Source: Alphaproteobacteria bacterium (GTDB lineage Bacteria > Pseudomonadota > Alphaproteobacteria > UBA828 > JAPUJA01). From it: a stretch of DNA of 64,000 nucleotides. Shown one piece after another: positions 9,455 to 20,279 of this stretch. The notes below the pieces were generated by a model. That model did not search any database, had not been told where the DNA came from, and worked only from the letters and a program-made list of their open reading frames with translations. Every line of letters begins with the position of its first letter. The first letter of the stretch is position 1. The stretch covers positions 20,993-84,992 of the forward strand of contig CBDFML010000009.1 of assembly GCA_965249645.1 (NCBI GenBank), given 5' to 3'. The translations under genes were made by a program, and so were the position numbers.

Positions 9455-10672
9455 ATGGAACATTTTTCGATAATTCAGGCCCTCTGCCGATCAGCCGCGG
9501 CAGATGCCTCTCCCGCGGTGCGGAAACAAATCGAGCGGCTGAGGGATGCCCTATCAAAGGATGGAGAACGCAAACAAGCGGCATCTCTAGCCAGGCTGCT
9601 CAGCGCGGCTGAACGCACAAGAGAGGTGGCACCAAGTCAGCTTGCACGTTCGCGCACGCAGATACCTGGAGAGGCGCTCAATCCCAACACACCCCTCCCT
9701 GTCGACCGTGAGACCTCCGCACCCTTGGCCGAACTATTGTTTCCAGGGGAGATCCGGGCCGACCCACCCTTGTTCAACCCAACGGTCACGACAGCGGTTG
9801 AGACCATCATCGAAGAGTGGGCAAACCTTGCGGACCTCTCCGCAGTCGACCTCCAACCGCCGAAGACCTGTCTGATCTACGGTGCGTCCGGCACCGGCAA
9901 GACTCGCCTCGCTCTGTGGATTGCCCACACCCTCGATCTGCCGGTTGTACTGGTGCGATTGGACGGCCTGGTCTCGTCGTTCCTGGGAACGACCGCGCGC
10001 AACATTGGAAATCTGTTCGGCTTCGCGAACCGCCATCGTTGCATGTTGCTTCTGGACGAATTCGACGCGATCGCGAAACTCCGCGACGATCCGCAGGAGG
10101 TGGGCGAGATCAAGCGAGTGGTGAATGCTCTGCTGCAGAACCTGGACGCGCGCAACGACTTGGGCTTCACCATCGGGATCACGAACCATGAGCGCCTGCT
10201 TGATCCGGCCGTCTGGCGACGATTTGAGGTGCAACTCGAAACCCCAAAGCCCGATTTCCAGATGCGTGTCGCCATTGCGCGGCATTTCCTTCCACCGGTC
10301 GACGCTCCTGAGAACCATGTCCGACTAATGGCTTGGGTGACCGAAGGGTGCACGGGCGCAGAAATGGAGCTATTGATCCGAACGTACAAGAAATCCCTGA
10401 CCGTGCGCGATCAGGTGCACGGTGGCGTGGTGGATACTCTGCGACAGTTCGCCACGCTCAACAGCGCACGCGTGAATGCCGTTCGGCGCACACTGCTGTT
10501 CAGCGATTCCGTAAGTCTGTTCCGCGCTATGAAGGACGACGCGGAGCTCGGGTTTTCCGTGACCGACATCGGCGAAGTATCTGGACGAAACAAATCCACG
10601 GTCAGCCGCCAGCTCGGCAAACGCAGAAACCGCCGTTCCGAGACCGGAAGCGAGGCCAGTGCCGGTGGCTAG
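9455..10672 (+). CDS. AAA+ ATPase (IetA-like) with C-terminal HTH
   Basis: Walker A GASGTGKT, Walker B LLLDEFD, TNH..LDPAVWRRF; tail SVTDIGEVSGRNKSTVSRQL is HTH-like; overlaps the S8 gene. Confidence 0.88.
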   Translation: MEHFSIIQALCRSAAADASPAVRKQIERLRDALSKDGERKQAASLARLLSAAERTREVAPSQLARSRTQIPGEALNPNTPLPVDRETSAPLAELLFPGEIRADPPLFNPTVTTAVETIIEEWANLADLSAVDLQPPKTCLIYGASGTGKTRLALWIAHTLDLPVVLVRLDGLVSSFLGTTARNIGNLFGFANRHRCMLLLDEFDAIAKLRDDPQEVGEIKRVVNALLQNLDARNDLGFTIGITNHERLLDPAVWRRFEVQLETPKPDFQMRVAIARHFLPPVDAPENHVRLMAWVTEGCTGAEMELLIRTYKKSLTVRDQVHGGVVDTLRQFATLNSARVNAVRRTLLFSDSVSLFRAMKDDAELGFSVTDIGEVSGRNKSTVSRQLGKRRNRRSETGSEASAGG

Positions 10673-13159
10673 CCCGATCCAGATCATCCTTAATCCTGAT
10701 AATTTTGAAGAGGCTCGCGAGGCTGCCGGCGGCGGCCCGAAGAGGGACTTCTTCGCGAATCGAGACCAGAAATTCAGACAGCATAAGGCACGCCTTATCG
10801 CTCAACTCGAAGCAATTGCGAATGAGCTTCGAACTGCCAAACAGACGGACCTTGGTTATGTGAAAGTGAGTCTGCGCCGCAAGGCATGGGCCAAGAGCCA
10901 CCGACCGGTAAAGGCGCTCTTCAAAGCGGGACGAACGCCGATTGTGGGCGGTGCCGACCTCGGCGTAATGCTCGTCGAAGCGCGGCCTCGGAGCCTGCAG
11001 CAAATTGTGGAAGATATTGCTGAAGCCGAAGAACACACGAGCCTCCGTTTCGTGGAATCTCAGGGGAAAGAGGTTCCGTATCCTTCAGCGCGTCGAAGCG
11101 AAACCGGCGCCATCGAGGGCATCGAGTTGTTCGGTGAGGCAGATCGGCGCGACTTCTCGCTCGAAGATGCCCTGCCTTGGTTATCGAATCCGCTCACCGG
11201 GGGCAGCTACGAAGTCGAGCTTTTCGACACACCACCGATGCGAGGAACGCTGGATGCGCTAGACGACAGTCATCGTCGCCTATTCCAGTCTTTTGTCGAA
11301 GGTCTGGCGGCACTCGGTGATGGATTAACGGTCAACCGCATTGCAACGCGCCCGCGCGCGCAGCCTCTTCTGTCGATGCGCGTTTCCCGATCGACCGACG
11401 CTCCGACGCTTCGGCTTACTCCGCCTCCGCAATCGGAGCGCCGCCGCGAGGTCGCACCCTTCGATCGGTCTGAAGAGCGGCATCGACGACTGCTGGCGTT
11501 CTTGGACAGACACCCGCTCGTCAGAAGGATCTCGCTTCCGGGAATTGTCGTGAGGTCGACTAATCAGCTGGGAAGAGTCCGACCCGACCAAGCGGCAATG
11601 CCCGTCAGAGACTCGGCGATAACACATCCTAGAATGGGTGTTATCGATGGCGGTCTGGGCGCTGCGCTCTCGGACTGGGTGATTGACCAGCGGGACATTC
11701 TCGCGGACGAGGATGCGGATCTTGAGCATGGTTCCTTCATCGGTGGGCTCGCTGTCTTGGGTAGGTCACTCAACGGCGAGCAATGCTGTCCGGAGTCCGA
11801 CGGCGCCGAACTCGTGGACCTTGCGGTGTTTCCGAGCGAACACTCCGGCGCCTTTTCCTCCTATTACCCTGAGGGTCCGACCCAATTCTTCGACGAAGTC
11901 GAATCGGCAATCAGCGAAGTACGAGCACGGCATGGTGTCCGTATCTTCAATATGAGCCTAAACATCCTGCGGCCAGCGACGCTTGATCGGTACGGTCCCT
12001 ACGCGGCCCGTCTCGATGCGATCGCCGAAGAAAACGACGCCATCTTCTTCCTATCTGCCGGCAACGTTGAGCCTCGCGATCAGCGACCTGAGTGGCCAAG
12101 TGACGATACGCAAGCGCTTGGACATCTAGCAACAGCGACCGGGGACCGATTGCTCACACCCGCTGAGAGCGTTCGAAACGTCGCGGTCGCGGCGGTCAAT
12201 CCGCCCGGGGTTCCCACGTCCATTCCGTTCGCACCGTCCCGCTTCAGTCGTCGTGGACCGGGTTTGCGCGCGGGCGTAAAGCCGGATTTGGCGCACGTCG
12301 GTGGTTCGGGCACTCCACAACCTCCACTGGACCACGGTCTTTTCTCTGTGACACATGATGGCGCGGTCATTAGCGGGGGCGGAACGAGCTACGCGACCCC
12401 ACTGATCGCAAAGACGGCGGCGGCACTCGATCATGCGATCGAAGGCGAGGTTTCGAGAGAGACGCTTATCGCGCTGCTGGTTCACCACGCGCAGACGCCC
12501 GAGCCTCTCCAGTCGAAGGCGCTGGCCTCGGTAGCACGTCATCTGGTGGGGTTTGGTATTCCCTCTCGACAGACAGCATCCTGGAAACCGACGACCATTC
12601 AATTACCTTGGTGTTCGCTTCGCGCATCAGGCCCGATCAACAGGCAGCCTTCCGGTTTCCCTGGCCAATATCACTCGTCAGCCAAGGAGCTGCATGCCGG
12701 GGAGCAGCGCGCTTGACCCTCGTATCCACTCCTCCGCTCGATTCGCGCTTCGGGTCCGAATTTGTGCGGATCAACGTTAAAGCATCCCTTCAGCAACAGG
12801 AGCCCGATGGTCATTGGAAGGGGCGCTTGGACCCGCTGTATCTTCCGGGTAAAGGTGAGAGCCCTGTCATCGAAGCCGAACTGATTCAGCACGGGTTGAA
12901 ATGGAGCCCAGTGAAAGTCTTTGCGAAGACAATGCCACGGGGTGTTGGAAAGTCATCGAACTGGAGGCTGTTCGTAGAGTATTTAGCTCGTTCTAATGAG
13001 GAAATGCCCGAACACGGAGTGCCGTTCACGGCGATTCTGACCATCTCCGATCCAATGGGCGTGCAACCCGTGTTTAATGATCTGCGCCAGAGACTTCTGG
13101 CCCTTGGTGTGCAGATTGCCGACATCCGAACAGCTGCGCGGATCACGCCACGCGTTTGA
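10665..13159 (+). CDS. S8 subtilase-family serine protease (IetS-like), with a 1-bp frameshift near 12567
   Basis: Triad motifs GVIDGG, HGSFIGG, GTSYATP and SAGN; ORFs 10659..12716 and 12608..13159 join as GIPS(P)TDSILETDDHSITLVF. Confidence 0.85.
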
Positions 13160-13180
13160 GATCGCACCGAGCACTACATC

Positions 13181-13294
13181 GCCGGCGGCATCGACGAGGC
13201 GACGGCCGAGGATCTGCTGCGCAGCGATGTCGAGACCGCCGAGCGGGCCGTGCTGCGGCTGATCCGAGTGCCGCTTGAGGACGGCCGGTTCGAC
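13181..13294 (+). pseudogene. Internal fragment of a third GH24 lysozyme allele
   Basis: AGGIDEATAEDLLRSDVETAERAVLRLIRVPLEDGRFD matches the middle of both lysozymes; cut by IS at 13295. Confidence 0.88.
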
Positions 13295-13367
13295 TGTCCG
13301 TCATCAAAACATTTGGGACATCTGGGCCTGTTTCTTAACGGAGGATCCGGCTCATCATGGGTTGATG

Positions 13368-14348
13368 TTAAGCCGCTTGCTTGCGTTGGGCCAAGCGGCG
13401 TTTTTGGATGGTCAGTTCTTTGATCTTTCTCCTTCTCTCGATGATGGCGTGGTCCCGGCCGAAGTAGACGTCGGCTGGCGGTAGGTTGGCGAGGCTTTCG
13501 TGATAGCGGCGGTAGTTGTAGTACTCGACGAAGGCGCCGACGCCGGCCTCAAGATCGCCTGGCAGATAGTAGTTTTCCAGCAGGACACGGTTCTTCAGGG
13601 TCTGATGCCAGCGCTCGATCTTGCCCTGGGTCTGAGGATGGTTCGGTGCGCCGCGGACGTGATCCATACCCTGATCCTCAAGCCAGGCTGCAAGATCGCC
13701 GGCGATGTAGGACGAGCCGTTGTCGCTGAGGAGCCGGGGTTTGTGAACGACCTCCGCGCTGCTGCAACCTGACGCTTCGAGGGCCAGCTTGAGCGTGTCG
13801 GTCACATCTTCAGCCCGCATGGTGGTGCACAGCTTCCAGGCAATGATGTAGCGTGAGGAGTCGTCGAGGATCGTTGACAGATAGAACCAGCCCCAGCCGA
13901 TGACCTTGAGGTAGGTGAAGTCGGTCTGCCACAGTTGGTTCGGGGCTGCGGTCTTGTCGCGGAACTCATCGGCTGCCTTGATGACGACGAAGGCCGGGCT
14001 GGTGATCAGGTCGTGGGCCTTGAGCAGGCGGTAGACGGACGCTTCCGAGACGAAGTAGCCCTTGGTATCGGTAAACGTCACCGCCAGTTCCCGCGGCGAC
14101 AACTCCGGCTCATCGAGGGCCAGGTCCACGATCTGGCGGCGGACATCGTCGGGGATGCGGTTCCAGATCTGGCCGGGACCACCGGTACGGTCTTCAAGGC
14201 CGGCTTCGCCGAAGGCTCGGTAGCGATCGTACCACCTGTAGAATGTGGTCGCCGGAATGCCCAGCTTGTCCAGGGTGCGCCGGACCGGCAGGTGGGAGCG
14301 TTCGACCAGGCGGATGATTTCCAGCTTCTCAGACGCGGGGTACCTCAT
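13368..14348 (-). CDS. IS3-family transposase OrfB (integrase core)
   Basis: WQTDFTY, LSDNGSSY and TQGKIERWHQTLK motifs. Confidence 0.93.
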   Translation of the reverse strand: MRYPASEKLEIIRLVERSHLPVRRTLDKLGIPATTFYRWYDRYRAFGEAGLEDRTGGPGQIWNRIPDDVRRQIVDLALDEPELSPRELAVTFTDTKGYFVSEASVYRLLKAHDLITSPAFVVIKAADEFRDKTAAPNQLWQTDFTYLKVIGWGWFYLSTILDDSSRYIIAWKLCTTMRAEDVTDTLKLALEASGCSSAEVVHKPRLLSDNGSSYIAGDLAAWLEDQGMDHVRGAPNHPQTQGKIERWHQTLKNRVLLENYYLPGDLEAGVGAFVEYYNYRRYHESLANLPPADVYFGRDHAIIERRRKIKELTIQKRRLAQRKQAA

Positions 14349-14719
14349 GCGCCGTCTCCCCCATCCCCGATCATGCTTTTTTTAAGCAGCCGGTTCTCCA
14401 GCACCTGTTCGGCAAGCGCCTCCTTGAAGTCATGCATCTCGCGGCGCAGGTCCTTGACCTCACCCGAGGACGCCTAACGGGCGGTATCGCCCGAAAGCCG
14501 TTTCTTGCTAGCCTCGAGGAACTCCTTGGACCAGCTGTAATAAAGGCTCTCGGCGATACTCTCACGCCGGCACAGCTCGGCAAGGCTGAACTCACCGCGC
14601 AGACCATCCAACACGATGCGGATTTTCTCCTCACAGGAATATTGCTTGCGGGTCACCCGGCGGATGTTCTTGACAAGCCGCTCAGACGACGATTCTCGGG
14701 TTCCGGATTTCTGTCTCAT
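14345..14719 (-). pseudogene. IS3-family OrfA with in-frame TAG
   Basis: MRQKSG..EEKIRIVLDGLRGE..GDTAR*ASSGEVKDLRRE..ENRLLKKS. Confidence 0.85.
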
Positions 14720-14737
14720 AGGCACTGACGGGGGACA

Positions 14738-14800
14738 ATCTTGATAGCTCCAGCCAGGATTGCCGAGGCGCTCCCATTCGTCGAAATTCCCTTCCGATGA
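14738..14800 (-). pseudogene. GMC (choline dehydrogenase-like) oxidoreductase remnant
   Basis: GNFDEWERLGNPGWSYQD resembles the GMC motif DxW..GNPGWSY; abuts the IS end. Confidence 0.55.
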
Positions 14801-14931
14801 AGGCGTTTTCGATACCCACGACAGAACCGCAGCCAACAGGCGTTCTCAGAAAATGACGGTCGAGAGAATCATCGCGAAGGGAACCTCGAACTGGACTTGA
14901 ACAACGACGGTGAAATCGTTTTACGAGGTTA

Positions 14932-15186
<255 letters not shown>

Positions 15187-16596
15187 TCAACCGTTCCAGA
15201 GCCCTTCGTCGCGAAGCTCCTTCGTCGCCGCTTCAATCCCGGCGCGGCTGGTATCGACGATGAAGTCGATCTCCTCCTCGTTGATGATGAGCGGCGGGGA
15301 GAGGACGATCAGATACTGGTTGCCGAGCGGTCTCAGGATCAGACCCCGGTCCTGACAATGCCGATCGATGCGCATACCCATTTCATACTCCGCCGGGAAC
15401 GGCTCTTTCGTCTTCTTGTCGGCGACGCAATGGACACAGGCCATGAGCCCAAGCCCGCGCACCTCGCCCACGATTGGCAATTCCTCGAGGGTCTGAAGAC
15501 GTTCGAGGAAATAAGGGCTGAGCTCGCGCACCCATTCGCAGAGCCGTTCGCGCTCCATGATCTCAATATTTTTTAGCGCGGCGGCGCAAGGGACAGGATG
15601 ACCCGAATAGGTGAAGCCCTGGGCGAAGACCGAGCCTTCCGCGCCCGCGCCGCTCACGGCGTCGAACAGTCGTTCGGAGATGATCGTCGCGGCGAGAGGC
15701 AGATAGCCGGAGGTCAAGCCTTTCGCGCAGGTGATGATGTCCGGCACGATGTCGAACACCGGTTCGGAGGCGAAGAAATGACCGAGCCGGCCGAAGCCGG
15801 TCACCACCTCGTCCGAAATGTAGATCACGTCGTATTTGCGGCAAACCTCGAGGGTCCTGCGCTGATAGCCGGGCGGTGGAATGACCAGCCCCCCGGTCGC
15901 CATGACGGGCTCGGCTATGAAGCACGCGACGTTTTTGGGACCGAGCTCGAGAATTGTATTCTCGAGATCCGCCACCTTCGCGTCACAGAATTCATCCATA
16001 CTCATGCCGTCGGGTCGGAAATATGGGTTCGGCGAGGGCAGCAGATGGACAAAGTCGTCTTCGTCCAAATAGTCGAAATATTCGCTCCGTTCCGACATTT
16101 TGCCGGACAGAGACGAGGTCAAATACGTCGAACCGTGATAGGAATCGATTCGTGAGAGTACGTGCCGCTTCGTCTTATGCCCCCGGTAGCTGTAATAGAA
16201 CAAGGCGAATCGAACGGCCGATTCAACCGCATCCGATCCGCTTCCTGATAGGAAAACCTTGTTGAGATCTCCGGGCGCGAGGCTCGCGAGCTTGGCCCCG
16301 AGCTCTGCCGTCGGCGGCGATGTCATCTGGTGGAAGGGTGAGAAATAGACGAGGTGGCGCATCTGATCGGCGACCGCATCGACGATCTCTTTCCGGCCGT
16401 AGCCCACCTGTGTGCACCACATGCCCGCTGGGGCATCGAGATATTTGTTGCCTTCGGAATCGTAGATGTAGCACCCTTCCGAATCGGTGATGACGAGGGA
16501 GCGCGGCATGTGTTCGAAGTCGTGCCAGCTATGTATGAGGAAATCGCTGTCCTTCTTCCGAAGATCTTCGGTGTCGTAGTGAATATTCGTTCGCAT
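15187..16596 (-). CDS. Class III PLP aminotransferase (omega-amine:pyruvate type)
   Basis: SYHGST, FIAEPV, SDEVVTGFGRLG, CAKGLTSGYLP and GFTYSGHP motifs. Confidence 0.93.
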   Translation of the reverse strand: MRTNIHYDTEDLRKKDSDFLIHSWHDFEHMPRSLVITDSEGCYIYDSEGNKYLDAPAGMWCTQVGYGRKEIVDAVADQMRHLVYFSPFHQMTSPPTAELGAKLASLAPGDLNKVFLSGSGSDAVESAVRFALFYYSYRGHKTKRHVLSRIDSYHGSTYLTSSLSGKMSERSEYFDYLDEDDFVHLLPSPNPYFRPDGMSMDEFCDAKVADLENTILELGPKNVACFIAEPVMATGGLVIPPPGYQRRTLEVCRKYDVIYISDEVVTGFGRLGHFFASEPVFDIVPDIITCAKGLTSGYLPLAATIISERLFDAVSGAGAEGSVFAQGFTYSGHPVPCAAALKNIEIMERERLCEWVRELSPYFLERLQTLEELPIVGEVRGLGLMACVHCVADKKTKEPFPAEYEMGMRIDRHCQDRGLILRPLGNQYLIVLSPPLIINEEEIDFIVDTSRAGIEAATKELRDEGLWNG

Positions 16597-16839
16597 CGCT
16601 TCACTCTCCTTCTGGTCGAGGCAGATCTGTTATCCGACGTCGATTCATCGCAATAGTCCCAGCCGCTTCCTCTCGGCCAAAAGGCGGGCGGCTTGCCAGC
16701 AATTTGATTCGGTTCATGGTGGACAGCCGCAAGCGAACAACAGATTGTCCATCAGCAAACGATGTTCTTCAGCGGCAAAAATTTTGTCCGCCTATCTTTC
16801 ATAGATTCTCGCTTCCCACTGTTTCGATCGGCAGGAGCC

Positions 16840-17010
16840 CGCCACGACGCCGGCCTCGATGAACGCCGCGTAGAGCGGATTCAGCATGGGGTCCCGCATC
16901 ACGCGCACCGGAACCTTATCGCCACGGTTTTCGTCGGCCCCGCCCTCGAAGCTTTCGATCCGCCGAAAATAGGGCAGCACCTCGGCGAAGTTCCAAACGG
17001 CGTTCCCCGT
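16840..17010 (-). pseudogene. GMC oxidoreductase fragment
   Basis: GNAVWNFAEVLPYFRRIES..RGDK.P.RV..NPLYAAFIEAG. Confidence 0.65.
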
Positions 17011-17061
17011 GGATGGAGCGGCTTGGTTCGTCACATGACAGAAACGCCTCGTACGAATGCT

Positions 17062-18192
17062 CTAATAGCCGGCCTTCACCTCTATGAACATGCGGTTGAT
17101 CTTTTCCTGAGTGTCGGCAGCGAACGGTCTCAACAGCACACCGGCGGTAACGACCGCCTCCGGATCAAGCCAACCCAGTTCTTTTAAAACCTCAAGGTTG
17201 GCGTGCTCGAAGGCCTTCCGGTTCGCGTGTCCGTACGCGTACTCTTCAATGGCGTAGACCCCGGATTCGGGTGCAAGAATGGTGTCCAAATAGGCATACC
17301 GCATCTCGTCGGGCGCGGGAGCGTCCGTGACGAGCACGGATAGGTCTATCCAGGTGAGGATGCCTTCCTTCGGCACCATGTACGCCACGGGAACGCCTTG
17401 TGCCCTGAGCTCGGCATACACGTCGCTCCACGCATAGGCGGCGACGACCTCGCCCGACGCGATCGATTGTGCGAGCGACGTGTTGTCGCCGTAGTAAAAG
17501 CGCACAAGTTCCCGCTGCTGCGCCAGGCGATCGCGGACTTTACTTATCTCCTCGTCGTTCATGTTGAACGGGTCCGCAACGCCGGCGACCAAGGCCGCCG
17601 GCACGGCCGCCTCGTCAGCAGAGTCTCGCATCGCGATTTGGCCCTTGTACTTCGGGTCCCAAAGGATCTCCCAAGTATGGTTGTCAAGATACTCAGGCGC
17701 GAGGTCCGTGCGGAAGACGACGGAGTTGTTACCCCATATGAAGGGCACGGCCCATTGAATCCCGTCTTCGAGGGTGCCGCTCTCTTTCAGCTTGTCAAAG
17801 ACATCGGGCCAATGGACGAGCCGCGAGGTGTCGATCGGTGAGATCACGCCGCCGTCCCGCCAGCGCCGGATAGACTCGAAGCCGGTGGTGGAGACGTCCG
17901 GTTTGTAACCGGCTTGAAGCTTGACGAAAGCCTCCTGAAGGTCACCAAAATATGAAAACAGCGGCGCCTTACCGTAGGTCTCGAAATAGCTTCGATACAT
18001 CTCAGGCACGGCATAGACGTCCCAGGTGAAGACGACCAAGTCGTCACCCCCCGCTCTCGCCCTTCGATGCAGCGCGGGAATTGTGATCGTCGCTATGCCA
18101 ACGGATGCGAGCGTTTTCAGCATCGTGCGGCGGCTTAATTTCTGCGCCTTCAACATGGCCTTAAACTCGTTTGGGGATAGTGGCTTGTTCAT
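17062..18192 (-). CDS. PotD/PotF-like polyamine ABC substrate-binding protein (Tat signal)
   Basis: SRRTMLK Tat motif, VPFIWG, WDPKYKG, PKEG.LTWID. Confidence 0.9.
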   Translation of the reverse strand: MNKPLSPNEFKAMLKAQKLSRRTMLKTLASVGIATITIPALHRRARAGGDDLVVFTWDVYAVPEMYRSYFETYGKAPLFSYFGDLQEAFVKLQAGYKPDVSTTGFESIRRWRDGGVISPIDTSRLVHWPDVFDKLKESGTLEDGIQWAVPFIWGNNSVVFRTDLAPEYLDNHTWEILWDPKYKGQIAMRDSADEAAVPAALVAGVADPFNMNDEEISKVRDRLAQQRELVRFYYGDNTSLAQSIASGEVVAAYAWSDVYAELRAQGVPVAYMVPKEGILTWIDLSVLVTDAPAPDEMRYAYLDTILAPESGVYAIEEYAYGHANRKAFEHANLEVLKELGWLDPEAVVTAGVLLRPFAADTQEKINRMFIEVKAGY

Positions 18193-18319
18193 TGGATACC
18201 TCCGCTGCGTCAGATGTTCGGCCGATAATTTGGAATTTTGCGCGCTGCTGCGCGCCTCGTATGCATTGGTAGCAGGGTTTAGCGGCTCTGTCAGGTTCCC
18301 TATGTTAGGCTGATCGAAT

Positions 18320-18726
18320 TGTCCGTCGTCAGATGATTTGAGACAGGGTGGGGCGTAAAATGACGGAGGCTCTGGCTCACCTGGTTGATAATTTTAGGCA
18401 GCGGCTTCGCGATGTTGCAAGCGCCGGTGCTCGATGGTTTTTCGTTTGATCCTTTTCCTTTCCAGCAGGATGGTTTGGCTGCGCCCGAAGTAGACATCGG
18501 CGGGCGTGAGGTTATTCAAACTCTCGTGGTAGCGCCGGTGGTTGTAGTGCTCGACGAAGGCGCCGAGCTGGGCTTCGAGATCACCGGGCAGACCATCCAA
18601 CACGATACGGATTTTCTCCTCAGAGGAATATTGCTTGCGGGTCACCCGGCGGATGTTCTTGACAAGCCGCTCAGACGACGATTCTCGGGTTCCGGATTTC
18701 TGTCTCATAGGCACTGACGGGGGACA
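18320..18726 (-). mobile_element. Internally deleted, chimeric IS3-family mini-element
   Basis: Both ends present; orfA N-terminus fused in frame to orfB C-terminus (IRIVLDGL|PGDLEA) at GCAGA microhomology near 18590. Confidence 0.85.
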
Positions 18727-19026
18727 CCCGACGATGGACGAGCTTGCTGCCTGGTTGGGCAGCGATGTTCGCATCGACACCGTACCGCTCGCACGCGACA
18801 CGACCGACTGGATGCTCGGCTCGTTCTGGGCGCACTCCGAGCGCGTGCTCGATGCACAGGCGCGAGCGGCAACGTTCGGATTTGCCCGCATGGATGACGC
18901 GGTAGTCAATTGCGTGGTGAGTGCGGTGGCACGCGACCTCGAAGACGGCACGTGGGACGCAGCCACGGGCACTTGCGCCACCTCGCAGCGCTCGATGTGG
19001 GGCTGCGCCTGGTGGTGGGTCGTTAG
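18727..19026 (+). pseudogene. C-terminal fragment of class I SAM methyltransferase
   Basis: VPLARDTTDWMLGSFWA..LDAQARAA..DLEDGTWD, then a frameshift to HGHLRHLAALDVGLRLVVGR*. Confidence 0.55.
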
Positions 19027-19091
19027 GGACGTCCGGCGTAGCGGCTGGTGAGTGGTGGATCGCAGCCGCCAAGAAACTCATCGATGCGAGC

Positions 19092-19226
19092 TGTCCGTCG
19101 TCAGAATGAATGGGTCAGTCGCGGCGGATATCTAAAGGAGGTTCTGGCTCATCCTGGTTGATGTTAAGCCGCTTGCTTGTGATGGGCCAAGCGGCGTTTG
19201 CGGATGGTCAGGTCTTTGATCTTCCT
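19092..19226 (-). mobile_element. Isolated right end of the same IS3-type family
   Basis: TGTCCGTCGTCAG..GGCTCATC..GTTAAGCCGCTTGCTTG is similar to 13295-13430. Confidence 0.8.
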
Positions 19227-19558
19227 GCTTAGCCGAATCCGACGGCATAGATTGCATCCTCCTCAAACACCTCTTCGATCAGCCTGCTGATCAGCTGCGG
19301 CTTGATCGGTCGCACCGACAAGTCCGTATCGTGGTAGGTCTGGTGCTCCGCCGTCTTCAGGCCCGTAATCCGCGCTTTGACCGGCGCACTGTCACGCCGA
19401 TGGCCCGCGGCCCCCCCTAGCCGTAAGCGCATCGTCCAGAAATGCGCCCGAACAGGCAGGAATGCCGAGCGTCGCCGACCATGGACCGGACGCGGCCGCT
19501 TTGGCACTAATGTGCACACTGGATCATTCCACGTCAAATCATGTAGGGAGCCCAGCCG

Positions 19559-19879
19559 ATGACCGCTTTCGATGACCGCAAGACAGCCGCCGAAGCAAAG
19601 TTCAAGCATGACCAGGAGTTTCAGTTTAAGGTCATCGCGCGGCGCAACAAGCTACTCGGCCTGTGGGCGGCGGAGCAAATGGGCATGCCGGGCCAGGATG
19701 CCGAGGCCTACGCCAAGCAGGTCGTGATCGCCGATTTCGAAGAGCCAGGCGATGCCGATGTGTTGCGGAAGGTGCTTGGCGATCTGATCGACAATGGGAT
19801 CACGGCGGACGAGCACAAGGTGCGTCACGAGATGACTCGCCTGCTTGAGGAGGCGAAGACGCAGATGGCGACCGAATAG
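19559..19879 (+). CDS. ATP synthase inhibitor subunit zeta (DUF1476)
   Basis: MTAFDDR..EAKFKHDQE.QFK..ARRNKLLGLWAA..ADFEEPGD. Confidence 0.93.
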   Translation: MTAFDDRKTAAEAKFKHDQEFQFKVIARRNKLLGLWAAEQMGMPGQDAEAYAKQVVIADFEEPGDADVLRKVLGDLIDNGITADEHKVRHEMTRLLEEAKTQMATE

Positions 19880-20217
19880 CACGCGGTCATTTAGATTAGC
19901 CAAATTAACAGGCTGCTATGAATTGGATTCAGGACGCTTTATGCCGCGGTGGTGCTCGATATCCTGCGGGGGCCGGGCCTGGTGTTCGCGCCGGATCGAT
20001 TCCGGGTCAGCTTCAGCCGAGTCGCGTCCGCCAATGCACCACCGGCCTATCGCCAATTCGTGGATCGAAGCATCCTTTCCCGGTCGGGTCCACGTGCAGC
20101 CACGAGAGCAACGGAGTTCAGGGACTGTGAATCCCGTCGCCCGCCGATAGCAACTCAATGACACTTCAAATGAATTTTGGAATTTGCAATTACCAAGAAC
20201 ATATTGTCGCGAACGCT

Positions 20218-20279
20218 TGACCCGCCCCCAACGAGGTCCTGTGCGTGACCTGCCCCCATTAAGTGGTCCACCGCTTATG
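20218..20279. mobile_element. Orphan IS3-family terminal inverted repeat plus an adjacent degenerate copy
   Basis: TGACCTGCCCCCATTAAGTGGTCCACCGCTT at 20246 is nearly identical to the IR ending at 1881; TGACCCGCCCCCA at 20218. Confidence 0.7.

Larger units (their letters stand above)
13295..14737 (-). mobile_element. IS3-family element (TGT..ACA ends); orfA has a premature stop
   Basis: Ends TGTCCGTCATCA.. and ..CTGACGGGGGACA; A7 slippery run near 14377. Confidence 0.88.

Noticed and set aside
19229-19400. Possible ThDP-enzyme fragment (RPIKPQLISRLIEEVFEEDAI)
   Set aside because: Too short to support without a search, so not listed as a feature.
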